From: Amphiscolops sp. MND2022
Lineage: Eukaryota
Assembly: GCA_964187785.1 (NCBI GenBank)
Contig: OZ076413.1
Location: 42,410,001 to 42,474,000, forward strand
Reading direction: 5' to 3'
Length of the DNA: 64,000 bases
A model generated the notes under the pieces. It worked only from the letters and a program-made list of their open reading frames with translations. It did no database searches and had not been told where the DNA came from. This document shows, piece after piece, positions 53,322 through 64,000 of this stretch. The position numbers were made by a program, and so were the translations under genes. Within the stretch, counting starts at the first letter, position 1; every line of letters begins with the position of its first letter.

Positions 53322-53452
53322 CTCGCAGGTTCTTGTGTTTGAATCACATCCATAAAAGGAAGAATGCGATACTTGCATAAGACCCGAGTAAGGACGACAA
53401 GTTATTACGGCACTGTTTGATGTTGCTTCCAGGTATTTCAGCTGGACTGAAT
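53322..53452 (-). CDS. Extracellular exon of the minus-strand membrane protein
   Basis: TTTCAG| ... |GTATTA, phase 1/0, SVQLKYLE...TCRPY...GCDSNTRTCE. Confidence 0.6.
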
Positions 53453-53474
53453 CTGAAACACAAAGTGAGTCATT

Positions 53475-54507
53475 AACAAGACGGGAACGTCTAAAGTCGG
53501 CGCTATATCCAAGACTCAAAAAGCGCAAAGTTTTTGAAATTGTAAAAGAGGGCTCGTTGGGCTTTTTGAAAATCCAGTTTGTTGCAAAATATCAGAAAAA
53601 AATTGAAGGAGCGACACTTCGGAGACATTAAAAAATTTCGAAAAAAAACCCGAAAAATGAGAATTTTTAACAGTCTCATAGTGCCGAAAAATAAAAAAGG
53701 GGGCCCTTTAGGCTTTTTCAACATCCATTCAGTTGCAAAATACCAAAAAAATAGAAGGGGGACCCTTTGAAGACATTAAAAAATTTCGAAAAAAGTCTCA
53801 CAAAGCCGAACAAGCCGGGACCGGCCCGAGTCGGCGCCATATCCAAAGCTCAAAAAATAGCAAAAGGACTTCCAAGTGTCAATTTACAGTACTCGATAAT
53901 CTAAAAACCAAAAACAAGGACTGAGTGCCCCGCCCGTGCTAAAAGCGGGGACACTTCCGAAATTGTCAACATTTTTGTTGCAGTTGAAGGGGGGACCCTT
54001 TGGAGAAAAAACAAGTTTTCGAAAAGTCTCACAATGCCGAAAAACTGAAAGGGGGGACCCTTCGGGATTTTTAAACACCTATTCTGTTGTAAAATATCAA
54101 AGAAACTGAAGGGGGAACCTTTGGAGAGAAAAAAATTTTAGAACAAAAGTCTCACAATGCCGAAAAAAAACTGAAAGGGGGACCCTTTGGGATTTTTCAA
54201 CATCCATTCTGTCGCAAAACAGCAAAAAATTGAAGGGGGGACCCTTTGCGGAAAAAAAATTTCCGAAAAAAGTCTCGCAGTGCCGAAAAAAATTGAAAGG
54301 GGGGACCCTTTGGTCTCGCCCGGTATGGTATGTTACGCGGGAAAACAGGAAAAACTTTTTTGGCTCAGTTCGCTACGGCAAATAGTGCAATTTGGTGCAA
54401 TAATATTTTGTAGAACTTTCAAGAACTATTTTGGTCAGTTCGTGTGGATTGAAAAAAAAGAGTTACTATAATAGTCGCGTTTCACTTCATGAAGCGCCGA
54501 CTAAAAA
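53475..54507 (+). mobile_element. Helentron/DINE-like non-autonomous repeat (nested copies; a further partial copy extends to about 54885)
   Basis: AACAAG...AGTCGGCGC starts at 53475 and about 53809. Internal ~110-bp tandem units (TCTCACAATGCCGAAAA...GGGGGACCCTTT) and a terminal hairpin TAGTCGCG...GCGCCGACTA. Confidence 0.65.
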
Positions 54508-54697
54508 TGTGCCAAATGCGGCTTTCAAGGAACTTCTGGGAAACCTCGCAGTTCCAAAAATATTTGAAGGGTTTTTGGGCTTTAAAAAGTTCAATTCGAA
54601 GAGTGCTCAGATGAATTGTTTTCGAAAATGTCGCGCATCGCCAAAAAACCCAAAAGGGACTCTTTGGTCTCGTCCAGTTTTACAAACAAAAAAGCTT

Positions 54698-54772
54698 GTC
54701 ATGTGTGGGATCCGAACATACACCCTCCCGCTCGCCAAGGATGTGCCCTCCTAACCACTAGGACAAGCTGGC
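54698..54772 (-). repeat. tRNA-derived (Pol III A/B box) segment within a repeat; not a functional tRNA
   Basis: Minus strand shows TAGTGGTTAGG (A box) and GTTCGGATCC (B-box-like). No complete cloverleaf. Confidence 0.5.
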
Positions 54773-55092
54773 GGGACTAGTCGGAATGTTTGCTAGAAGT
54801 GCATCAGACGATACTATCTTTAATGTGACAAAAAACTAGTTCCTGTAATAGTCGGACACGTTTTCTTACAGAATGTTCCGACTAGAAACATCTAATTGAA
54901 GCTCCATGAAATGATTTTTGAAGATATGACAGAAATCAAATGTAAAGCAGGAAAAGAAGGCAGAAATTAGATTAGTTTTTCCAAGTGTTTTTCATGTTAA
55001 CGTGTATATTGCCAAGAAAGAAAAAAGTGGCGTAAAAAGTGGAAAAACGGCACCATGATAGAATAACAGCATTTGACAGCTGGAACACTTAC

Positions 55093-55130
55093 CAGATTCG
55101 AATGCGATATCCACTATATCCAAAGAACTA
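55093..55130 (-). CDS. 38-nt micro-exon of the minus-strand membrane protein
   Basis: TTTCAG| ... |GTAAGT, phase 2/1, SSLDIVDIAFES. Compatible with exon 53322-53452. Confidence 0.55.
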
Positions 55131-56679
55131 CTGAAATTAGTTATCATTTTTGTAAAAAGAGAAAAAAGTCAAGTAAAGTATAGTCATATAGCTCACTGAA
55201 ATATGTAACGAAAAGAATTTAAACAACTCTGAGTATCTAATTAACTAGCTGAAATGCGTAAATTACGAGATAAAACGAAGCATTTTTAAGTCGACCAAAA
55301 GCAGTCGTTCCAAGCGCGACCATTTTTTAAACATGAAGGTGCGATAGTATTAAAATTCTTCTCAAAAAGAGAGTCATGAAAATGCGAAGCAATAAATTAC
55401 AAAGAGCTTAACAGATTAAATGTCTCGACTATTATATATTGAACTTAATGTCATGTACTAAAATAATAATAATGATTAGTCATAATTGGCTATAGTTTTT
55501 GATTTTTAACGAGTTTTTTGAGATTTACATTCCGACGAGTTTGTTATCTAGAAAATTCAATCGTGTGAATTAAAACATGAATGTGAAGTACAGCCAATCA
55601 ACCATCATTTATGTTCTGACAAGTCTCAAACATTTCATACCATTGTAAGAGTCCTAGAGGAAGAACTTGGAATCAAGAAGAAAAGCGCCTTTTAATTAAG
55701 TTTTTTCAGAAAGGGGAAAAACTAAAACAAATCGAAAACGGACTCTAAATTTTCGTCATGGCTTAGATTATAAATTATACAAAAATAAATTAAAAACTAA
55801 ATAGGATAACTTTATTTCTACATTTCGATATTAAAGATATTGAACGGATGAAGAATTATTAAAAGAGATTGCAATGAGGTATTCGTTGGGCTGAACTGCC
55901 TGGGATTGGAATTTTCGGAAAAATGACTCTGTGACATGACATGAACTTCATCACGCTAATTAAAGTAACAAAACAATTTCATCCTGCAGCGCAGTGTTTA
56001 TTTTGAAATAATTGAAATTGTCTCGTAAGACGGAGTGTTGTTTCTATAAAGGAAAATGCAATGCAACGAAAACTTTTCCCAGTTTTAAATATCCAGCCAT
56101 TTTGGCTCGTCATTTTATGTGGAAATTATGTCCCCATACTTTATTATCATCAATATTAGAAAAGCCTGTAGCTACTTCCTGAATTTTCTCAAGATAAAAA
56201 TACCTCTAGATTAGAAACTATTCCGCTGCTACACGCTCTTCATGTTTGAATTGAGTAGCTTCTACATATTGCCACATTTCGAGAAGGCTTTCCAAATTCA
56301 AATTTTCGTCGTTGAAGCCGAGGGATGTTATTGAGTGAATATGTATGTTGTTGAGTTTTTTTAGTGAAAACAATTTCAGACAATGCCAGACGTACCGGGA
56401 CGATATTACTGGGCTTCTCAATTTGTCTCTCTCCGAAGTATGTATTTGACGTATATCATTGAAGTATGTTTCTGGGAACATCACCAACTTTGCAAATTCA
56501 AGGCCATACTTCAGCCGTCAAAATTGCTAAAGCGTGTATTTTGCTGCCCTCAATTAACTTTCAAAATTCAATCCCACGGCTGAATTAAATATAACTTTCT
56601 GTGTTCCATTTGACCAATGTGACTTCAACACAATTAATAGTTTAAGTCTTTTTTAATTTCAGCAAAGAGATCCACGAAA

Positions 56680-56962
56680 ATGGCTTTCAATTTATACATC
56701 TCAGCCCATCTTTTACTCGAGATCATCATTTTCCCAATGGTGATAGTCTCTGAAACCGAACTGCGTGCAAAAGGAATGGGAACTTTTGAAAGCGTACTGA
56801 AAAACAAGCGCGTACTTGGTCTTTTGATAATTTTTATCCGGGTAAAAGACCGAAATACGTGCATTACTGGCTGCAACCGACATCCACAGTGTGTTTCCAT
56901 CAACTTTTGCGACCGGGGTATCTGTGAGCTCTTGTCAGCCGACGTTTTCTCGACAACAAAAG
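56680..56962 (+). CDS. Secreted PAN/Apple + C-type lectin protein, exon 1 (signal peptide + PAN)
   Basis: Hydrophobic N-terminus, PAN Cys pattern CITGCNRHPQCVSINFCDRGICEL, and a phase-1 donor G|GTAGGC. Confidence 0.8.
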
Positions 56963-57052
56963 GTAGGCATTGATTTTCACATAATCAGTTTCAACATGTC
57001 TGGAGATGATTGGAAACTCAATTTGAAAACTAGAAAAGTTTTCTTTTTGTTG

Positions 57053-57630
57053 TTTTTAGTCGGAGCCTTTTCCCTTAAGGAAAAAAGCACGACTATTACA
57101 GTGGGTAGTTTTTTTCAGTTCACTCTGAATGGTCCACTTTTTTGATCATTTGTTCAACTTCTTGGCCGACTAATTTTTTGGGGTCTGAGAAGCAGGAGAG
57201 AGTGGGTTCGATTTTCGCACTAAAACACAATTTTTTAAAGCTTCTAAAACTAGAGGGCAGAACAAGGGTCCCCTCTTTGGAGGTTTTTCGGCAATATGGG
57301 ACTTTTTTCCGAAAATTTCGGAAGTCGATCAAAGGGTACCCCCTTGATTTTTTTTGAAGTTTTAAGTTTGTAAAAAAAAGGTTTAATGAGCCTAAAGGGT
57401 CTCTTTTTGGGTTTTTCGGCATTATGCGACTTTTTTTATCAAATACGGTTTTTGAAATTGAATTTTTACAAAAGCAAATGAGTTTTTTGGATTTTTCCCG
57501 TTCAGAATAAAAGCTGTTTTCGAGTCTCGGTGAAAAACCATTTCGGATATTTTTTGGCACTCTGTGATATTTGAAAAATTTCACAATAGTTGTGCCTTGA
57601 ATATTTTTGAGCCTTAGATATGGCGCCGAC
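57053..57630 (-). mobile_element. Helentron/DINE-like repeat copy
   Basis: TTTTTAGTCGGAGC start and GAGCCTTAGATATGGCGCCGAC end, with a tRNA T-arm-like GGGTTCGATT near 57205. Confidence 0.6.
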
Positions 57631-57854
57631 GAAGAATGTGAGCCTTAGATGAGCCTATTTTTGAGCCTTAGATATTTCGAGAAGCTTCTTTCTACATTTC
57701 CTGAAGTAGGTTGGGACTTCTGCAAATGGAGACATTCACATCGTTTATAGCATTTCCGATCGCCATACTGATCAAACATGTGTTTGACTACAGGCTTTCC
57801 ATAGACTGGACTATATATGTTCAGTTTATGATACGCCTGGATTCATGAAAACAC

Positions 57855-58496
57855 TGTAACGACAAGCTCTCACCATTGTCGCCGTAACCATAAGAGTTAT
57901 GAGCTACTTAGTTATGAGCTCATTAATGGCCATGAGCTCATTTTGCCTCTTTCGGGTAAAAACTGTCCCGTCAGAGGAGGATTCCCCTTCTTGTGAAGCC
58001 TTTAAAAAATAGAGGTGGTGAAAAAGGAAAAATTCTGTTTCTTCGTAGTTACAGAGGAAATCGAAATAAGTGGCTCACAAGTTAATACAACAACAAATAC
58101 GTAATTTACTGCATAATTAGCACATTTAAGCAGCAATTAGCCGGGGACACAAGCACGGATGCTTGGTCAAGCCAATTGACTCATTTTGGGTAATCACAGC
58201 ATCTTGTGGCGATTCGCTAATGAAAGTGCCGACTAGAACAAAGGACGAAGTTCAGTCCGTGTTGACAGAAATTGAGTCCTTTTTCTGACAGCGGCCGTGA
58301 TTTTCTGTAATCGTCTCGTTCGGATAGGGTCTGCCCGGATTCTTTTGTTCAAATCCTCTTCAATTCTGCTGGCAGGTCCTTGAATAAAGACACGGTATTC
58401 CCCAGCGGAATATTGCTCTTCGGCAGAAAGCATCTAGTCCCTTGAACGAAATTTTCAAAATTTTCCAATTTTTGGACTCGATAGGTGATCGTTACA
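57855..58496 (+). mobile_element. Solo LTR (TGTAAC...GTTACA), related to 10405-11176
   Basis: Inverted termini. The first ~150 bp strongly match the reverse complement of about 11015-11176. Confidence 0.65.
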
Positions 58497-59518
58497 CACT
58501 TTAGTAGGACGTAGTGACCAACGATGAACCTACTGAGTAAATCTTGACAACTGAGCTCTTTTGCATCTTGAAACTGACAATAATTCCACAACTAAAATTG
58601 CTTTGCGCCTTATTCTGATTCACCATTGGTTGACTTCAGATGAAGAACAATTCTTCCTGAAAAGTGGACACTAGAGATAAGATGATAGGTCGTGTCGGAG
58701 AGTACCCAAAGGACTCGAAAACCGCTTTTTCCCAACTGAAAACAGTTGAAAAAAAATTGGAAAAGAATTTTTAAATAAAATTTTTGCTTTCGGAAAAAAG
58801 TCTAACAGTGCCGAATAAGGAGCTATAATCTTGCATAACACTTTTTTCTCGCCAAAAAAGCTATGAAAGTGAAGAGGGTACGCTTTGACCAAATGAAGAA
58901 ATTTACGAAGAGTCACAGAGTGCCGAAAAAACCAAACTGTCAAAATTTTGTTTTCTTTTTCGAAAAACTCGAAAGAACTCTAAAAAAGAGGTTAGGTTTT
59001 TTCCTAGTCAAAAACTGATGGGGGTCCCATTTGACCGGATGAAATATTTTTGGAAAAAAACCGCACAGTACGGAAAACTTTTAGTTTTTCCACAGGTATT
59101 GAGAAAACTCTCTTCCATTCCACAGGCCTGAAAAATAAAAAAAGGTCTTTCTAAAGACACAAAAAATAATTTCGTGGAAGAAAACCCCAGGTTGTAAAGA
59201 CTTATTTTAAACTTGGGTAAATCTCTTTGCGCTGCAAAAATATGAGGTGGTCTTCTATGGTCGAAAAACGCATTGTTTCTGCTACAAATCAAGAAGGGCC
59301 ACTTTGGTTCAGGAAAGTCTGTCAGATATCGCATAATGCTAAAAAAAAACGAAAAGTTTGAAAGAATGGAAATTTTTTAGTTTAGTACGCGAACCGTTCC
59401 CCCACTCTTCTTCATTTCAGCCTATAATTATGTAAATGAAATCTGCTGAATCGCTGTTCTGCAATGGTCGTGCTTTTTTATCGAAAAAGCGCCGAAGAAA
59501 ACATCTCGTCATGCAGAC

Positions 59519-59781
59519 CTGCATTGTGTATTCGAGCTTACAAGGGCTTTAACTGTAAGCAGTTCCAGGTCGTTTGACACGTGTACAGAGCTGGAGGAAC
59601 CAGCACGGAAACAAATAACGTCCGGTACTAACCATGTACCAACTTGTCCATCTTTCCAAAATGTTGCTGCTGAGAATGGGGCGCCGTCATCTGAGAAGCT
59701 CTCCGACATCAATCCGATCTGTTACTGCTGATAAGAACGGGCATCCGTCTTGACCACGCTCAGGACCACAGCTGAGACAGC
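59519..59781 (-). CDS. Putative upstream exon of the minus-strand membrane protein (contains an in-frame TAA unless an internal acceptor near 59718 is used)
   Basis: TTTTAACAG| AVSAVVLSVVKTDA...QIGL...TFWKDGQVGTW...NTQC. The phase-2 donor at 59518 fits the 55130 micro-exon. A stronger phase-0 GTAAGC donor also exists near 59541. Confidence 0.4.
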
Positions 59782-60681
59782 CTGTTAAAACGTGCTACAG
59801 GAACATCTATAAAATCACCAGAACGGTACAGTTTCAAGTACTGTGTCTAGGTAGCTGTCGAGCGTGCAACACAGTAATACATCAAAATATTGCAAAATGA
59901 TAGCAAAACATTTAGCACACAAGTTTTTTGACAAGTTTCGTTCCGCCAGTGCGCTGGTGCACGCTCCAGGCACTTTTGGGATGGTATCTACTCGGACAGC
60001 GTTTGAAAGACCGGCAATGCGATGCTGGTAGATGGAAAAAGACCTAAAATCACACGCTAGCACGCGCCTTTTCTGCTCAGACTTTTTTCTTGATCTCGTT
60101 GATACACTCGGATTTGGGCGTTCGTTCTCTTTTTTGCGGCATTTTCTCTTCTGATCACGTTGTTGGCAGGTATTCGACATGCTCCCTCTCAAGCCAACAA
60201 TTGCTTGAACGAATTGTTCAAAAAAGTTTCCGCAACATTATCCGCCCATAGGTGTCCGTTGCAGCCTTGTTTTTTTTCTCACCAGAAATATCAAAAAACG
60301 AAGAGAGAACCCTTTTGGAAATAATATCAATGCCATAAAAAATTGCCGAATCACAATGAAAAGATGAAAAGGACTTTGGCCTGAAAAGTCTTTTTAAACT
60401 AAAAGAAAGCAAGGCACTTTTGTAAAAATGAACTTCTTTCGAAAACAAATTGCACATTGCCAAACAAAACTCTTCGAGTATCTTTATTATTCAAATGGTT
60501 TTGTCAAAATTTGAAACTTTCATAACAATATGATATTTTGGAGTTTCGAAACATTTCGGCACTCAGTATCAAAATGGTCACTTCGGACGTATTGAAAATA
60601 TCACGACAAAAAGACACTATAATCGTCCGTCTTCTTTCATGAAGCGCCTACTAAGCATTGAAAAATTAAATACTGCTCAAG

Positions 60682-60959
60682 GTTACAATAGTCTGACAAG
60701 TGACGAAAACTGCGTTCACGTCAGCATGGAGAAACATGTGTTCCCGGTATGTAGAGAAAGCGAGATCAACGTTAACATACAGGACGACAATTGGAAAGGA
60801 GACTGCAAAATCAACCGAAAGCGTGTTGACATGCAATGGGGTGAATGGGGCGGAAGAGAAATTTCAAAGGACAATGGCCACACGTATCAAGAGGTCAAAA
60901 GGAGGCCAGTGGAAGTACCAGATATTCATGGAGGCATTGCGTACGCAACAAATGAACAG
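60682..60959 (+). CDS. PAN/C-type lectin protein, exon 2
   Basis: Phase-1 acceptor completes the PAN domain (DENCVHV), followed by CKINRKRVDMQWGEW (TSP1-like W..W) and donor CAG|GTAAAT (phase 0). Confidence 0.8.
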
Positions 60960-61920
60960 GTAAATCTAGTGAAAGTGTCTCAGTTAAAAGTATCTGCTAT
61001 TTGACCCGAAGTTTGAACAATCCTGAATGAAATTTTCCTAGTGTTCAATATCGTTTTTTAAACTTAAATTGTGCCTTTAAAAAATTACCAAGCTGTATGC
61101 AATTGCAAAATTGCTTGCGAATTTCAACAAAACTTGATTGAGCTTCTGGCAATTTTTCAAGATGAGTAATGAAACAAAAGCTGACGTGATAGGCGCGCCG
61201 CGGGCTGAACAACTAACTGTGAGAAAAATACTGACAGTAAACTATCATCTCACAACCTACCCTTGCATGTTGTATTTTCCACCTTGGAACGATGGATTGT
61301 TTTTGCGACATCTTTCCGAACACACGTTCTTTAAAAAATCAGCAAACTGCCGAATATGCGCAAAGAGTTTTTTCAAGAGTAACAACTATAATTTAACGGT
61401 TTTTGAATTCGCTCGAGGTCAAAATTTTATCGAAGGATCTTTTTATCAGAACTTCATTTTCTAACTTTTACTCCTAATGAACTTCCAACTGAAGAATTTA
61501 TACCCGATCCTTTGAAAAAATGCAGATTTTATTCGACAGAGATAAAACTACACTTCGTACAATCATATTCGTCTAAATTGCCTTCTAAGAAGTCGATTCG
61601 GTCACAACCAAAGAGTTCACATTTGAATCATGATGTTGTTATTTTCAGCAAGAATGTTATCAAAAGCATTTTCGATACGTTGTTTCATAAGGTAAAACGA
61701 TTAAAATACAACATCATGATTGTAGAAGAAGTTGGCGTTGACTAGCTTTGATTCCTTTTTCACGTCTGAAAAAAAAACAAAAGAGCGCTGTATACTACTT
61801 AAGTTTTTCAAAAACCTGAATATCCTCTTTTTGCTGAAATGGAGTTTTACAATAATTCATCATTGGTTAGGTTAAGGTTGCCAGAGAAACCAAGAAGCAA
61901 TAACTAATGCTACTGCTTAG

Positions 61921-62020
61921 ATCGTGACGTCACTGTGTTTTGAGAAATCCAAGATGACATTTACCACTGCAGCCCAGAAATGTCGGGATATGGGGGGTCA
62001 TTTGTTTGATGGCCTCGATG
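61921..62020 (+). CDS. PAN/C-type lectin protein, exon 3 (CTL N-terminus)
   Basis: CTTAG| IVTSLCFEKSKMTFTTAAQKCRDMGGHLFDGLD, matching the CTL A..C...GG.L motif. Donor G|GTACAA. Confidence 0.75.
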
Positions 62021-62196
62021 GTACAAAAGCCTTTAATTACGCTCAATGACCACAATCCGCATTTTCTGATTACACTGTGCATCAAAATTCACGATGAACA
62101 CTGTTTGACTAGAATACGGTTCGTTCTCGTTTTACGGAAAATACACTTTACACTTGATGATAAATTCCACTTTTGCGGCATATGTATCGTATTGAG

Positions 62197-62477
62197 GTCA
62201 ACTGGACTTCCTGTACGAAAAAGCGGGGTATCACCATTGGGTAGGAGCACGAACGATAGACAACAAGGCAACATGGATTGACATGAATAACAGAGAGATA
62301 CCGGCTTCCCTCCTACCTTGGGATCCTGATAATGGCTGGGCCGATGGTCAATTCTGGGTAGCAAATTGGTGGAAAAGAAGAACCAATTACTTGAATGATG
62401 GGTATGATACCGATGAGATTGCGTCTGTGTGTGATATGTTGGAGAAAGACACAGAAAGCTTCAACCCTAATTTGTGA
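62197..62477 (+). CDS. PAN/C-type lectin protein, exon 4 (CTL C-terminus)
   Basis: GQLDFLYEK...HWVGART...WID...YLND...SVCDM...*. The joined 4-exon CDS is 942 nt, 313 aa. Confidence 0.8.
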
Positions 62478-62699
62478 TTTTTTCATTTTTTTATTTTCCG
62501 TCCCACATTTTAAATGGGGAGGAAAATCATCATCTGTGTTGCGTTTTTTTCCAAACTTTGCCAAAATTCCACTTTGTAGTATTCCACTTCCTACTCAGTC
62601 TCCCTACTCAGCCATACTGACACTATAATGTATATATCCTGTACTATCCAGCTATACTATACTGATAGCCTAGTACGATGGAATAATATCTAAAGTAAA

Positions 62700-62820
62700 A
62701 TGGGTATAAGATCTAAAGGGTATAAGATCTACAATTTCAGGACGGGAATAAGATGTAAAAGGAATAAGATCTAAAATCACTAAATTTTAGATCTTTTTCT
62801 TTAGATCCTATTCCCCTCCC
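62700..62820. repeat. Short direct and inverted GG(T/A)ATAAGATCTA repeats (MITE remnant)
   Basis: Four direct copies followed by inverted TAGATC(C/T)T(A/T)TT copies. Confidence 0.55.
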
Positions 62821-62919
62821 AAAATAGCTATGGCTCATTGGTGAAGGCGAAAAGAGAGGAAAATATCCCGGTGCTTAGCGGGCGTCTTGTATAACTGTTT
62901 TTTCTTAATGATGAATGAT

Positions 62920-63965
62920 TGTAACGACCGGCTAGCGACGCACATCTAGGAAGAGGGACAATGCCTAGGATGCTTGAACAGGAGACCGTTGTCTTACTAC
63001 ATACCTAAACACTAGTTTTTGGTCCCAAAATGGTCTCCTAGGGGGACTTTTCTGACGTCTAAGGAGGCTTCTCAAATTAGAGCTCCGAAGCGACGCGCCG
63101 GCACTCTCAGTGTCCGGACACGCCCCACAAGCCTGTAAAAACGTTCCCTAAGGTTTCTAGTGCGTTCCTACGAGTTCCTACATGCTTCCGAGGTCAAAAA
63201 CGGTGATCAGCTGGAAAACATAGTATTTGGCAAATAAGATATAAAAAGACCTAGAAGGTCAAACATCTTCCAAGTACCAAAAGGGAAATATGGAAATAAT
63301 AAGGGAAAGCGGGGATAAGCCCCAGTTACTTTACAGTTTTCAGTCCATCATTCATATTTTGCCTCTGCCAGGGCTCTGCAGATGTTGTTGATTTCCCAAG
63401 GAGATGGCACAACATTCCGATAATCTCTCTGCTGATGTTTCTTCATCATCTGGCAATTCTTCATCTTTTTCTGCAACTTTTTCACACGTGCTCTGTTTCT
63501 TGCTCGCTCTCCGCGTGTTTTCTTTTTTCTTCATGCTCTTTTGTTCCTGCTAGGTCGGCCATCTTTTTTCTTCTGTTTTGACATCGCACATTTCGAATTT
63601 TTCATCGAAATTTTGGTCATGCCGGTGGCAGATGTTACATCCTCCCCGGGCCGTAGTTTGTCGTCCTCGGCAAACGAGAGGATGGAAATACCCAGAGGGT
63701 GATAGCAATGCTGAGAGTTTTTTGAATACTTTAGGAAGGTTTCGTTTTTTCTTACTTGTTTTCTTTCAACCTCCAAATTTCCTTGTTATCTCCTCGTACT
63801 AATATCAGTCGGTCTTACGACAACTTAAAAATTTTCTTGACAAAACTAAAATTATGGCAGACGGTTTCAAAAATTACATGCATTTCCACGAACTTAGGTT
63901 AAAATCTTTTTTCTAGAAGGTGCTCTGGCACTTCTCGGGGTAACAAAATTCGGGTCTTGGTAACA
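62920..63965 (+). mobile_element. Solo LTR (TGTAAC...GTAACA) with near 5-bp TSD
   Basis: TSD ATGAT/ATGGT. 62955-63270 is homologous to 883-1210. Confidence 0.6.
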
Positions 63966-64000
63966 ATGGTCAATTACCGAATTGAATAGTGTGGGAACTG

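Noticed and set aside
56218..56487. 89-aa minus ORF as an exon of the membrane-protein gene
   Set aside because: It ends in a stop before the nearby donor, and no frame is compatible with the 55130 exon.
63352..63776. Lys-rich minus-strand ORFs (also 59815-60192)
   Set aside because: Low-complexity products of T-rich repeat sequence. The 63-kb ones lie within a solo LTR.
1..64000. Fanzor/TnpB, tyrosine recombinase, Rep-helicase or viral genes
   Set aside because: No RuvC, zinc-ribbon, RHRY or helicase motifs were recognised in any listed ORF.

Overview
AT-rich, repeat-dense eukaryotic (animal-type) genomic DNA with spliceosomal GT-AG genes. There are no prokaryotic operons, cas genes, rRNA or intact tRNA. 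The gene style loosely suggests a marine invertebrate, which is inference only. Host genes reconstructed by hand from phase-compatible exons: (i) a 2-exon PLAC8/cornifelin-family gene (+, 20590-33754) whose 12.7-kb intron holds a decayed Gypsy element and a 5'-truncated Copia; (ii) a 4-exon secreted PAN/Apple + C-type-lectin gene (+, 56680-62477); (iii) a multi-exon single-pass membrane protein gene (-, about 59781-45953) that appears interleaved with gene (ii); (iv) a truncated C-type-lectin paralog (-, 4994-5236). Mobile DNA includes a Tc1 (DD34E) element disabled by a 406-bp insertion inside its first catalytic Asp codon, solo LTRs, a LINE RT remnant, hAT-, Mutator- and piggyBac-like MITEs, and many copies of a Helentron/DINE-like non-autonomous family carrying tRNA-like segments. 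The most unusual signals are a CRISPR-like repeat/variable-spacer array inside an LTR (37.2-37.5 kb), an exonic insertion apparently convertible into a new intron (62.0-62.2 kb), and the antisense interleaved lectin-type genes. I cannot demonstrate a definitively new biological system from sequence alone.
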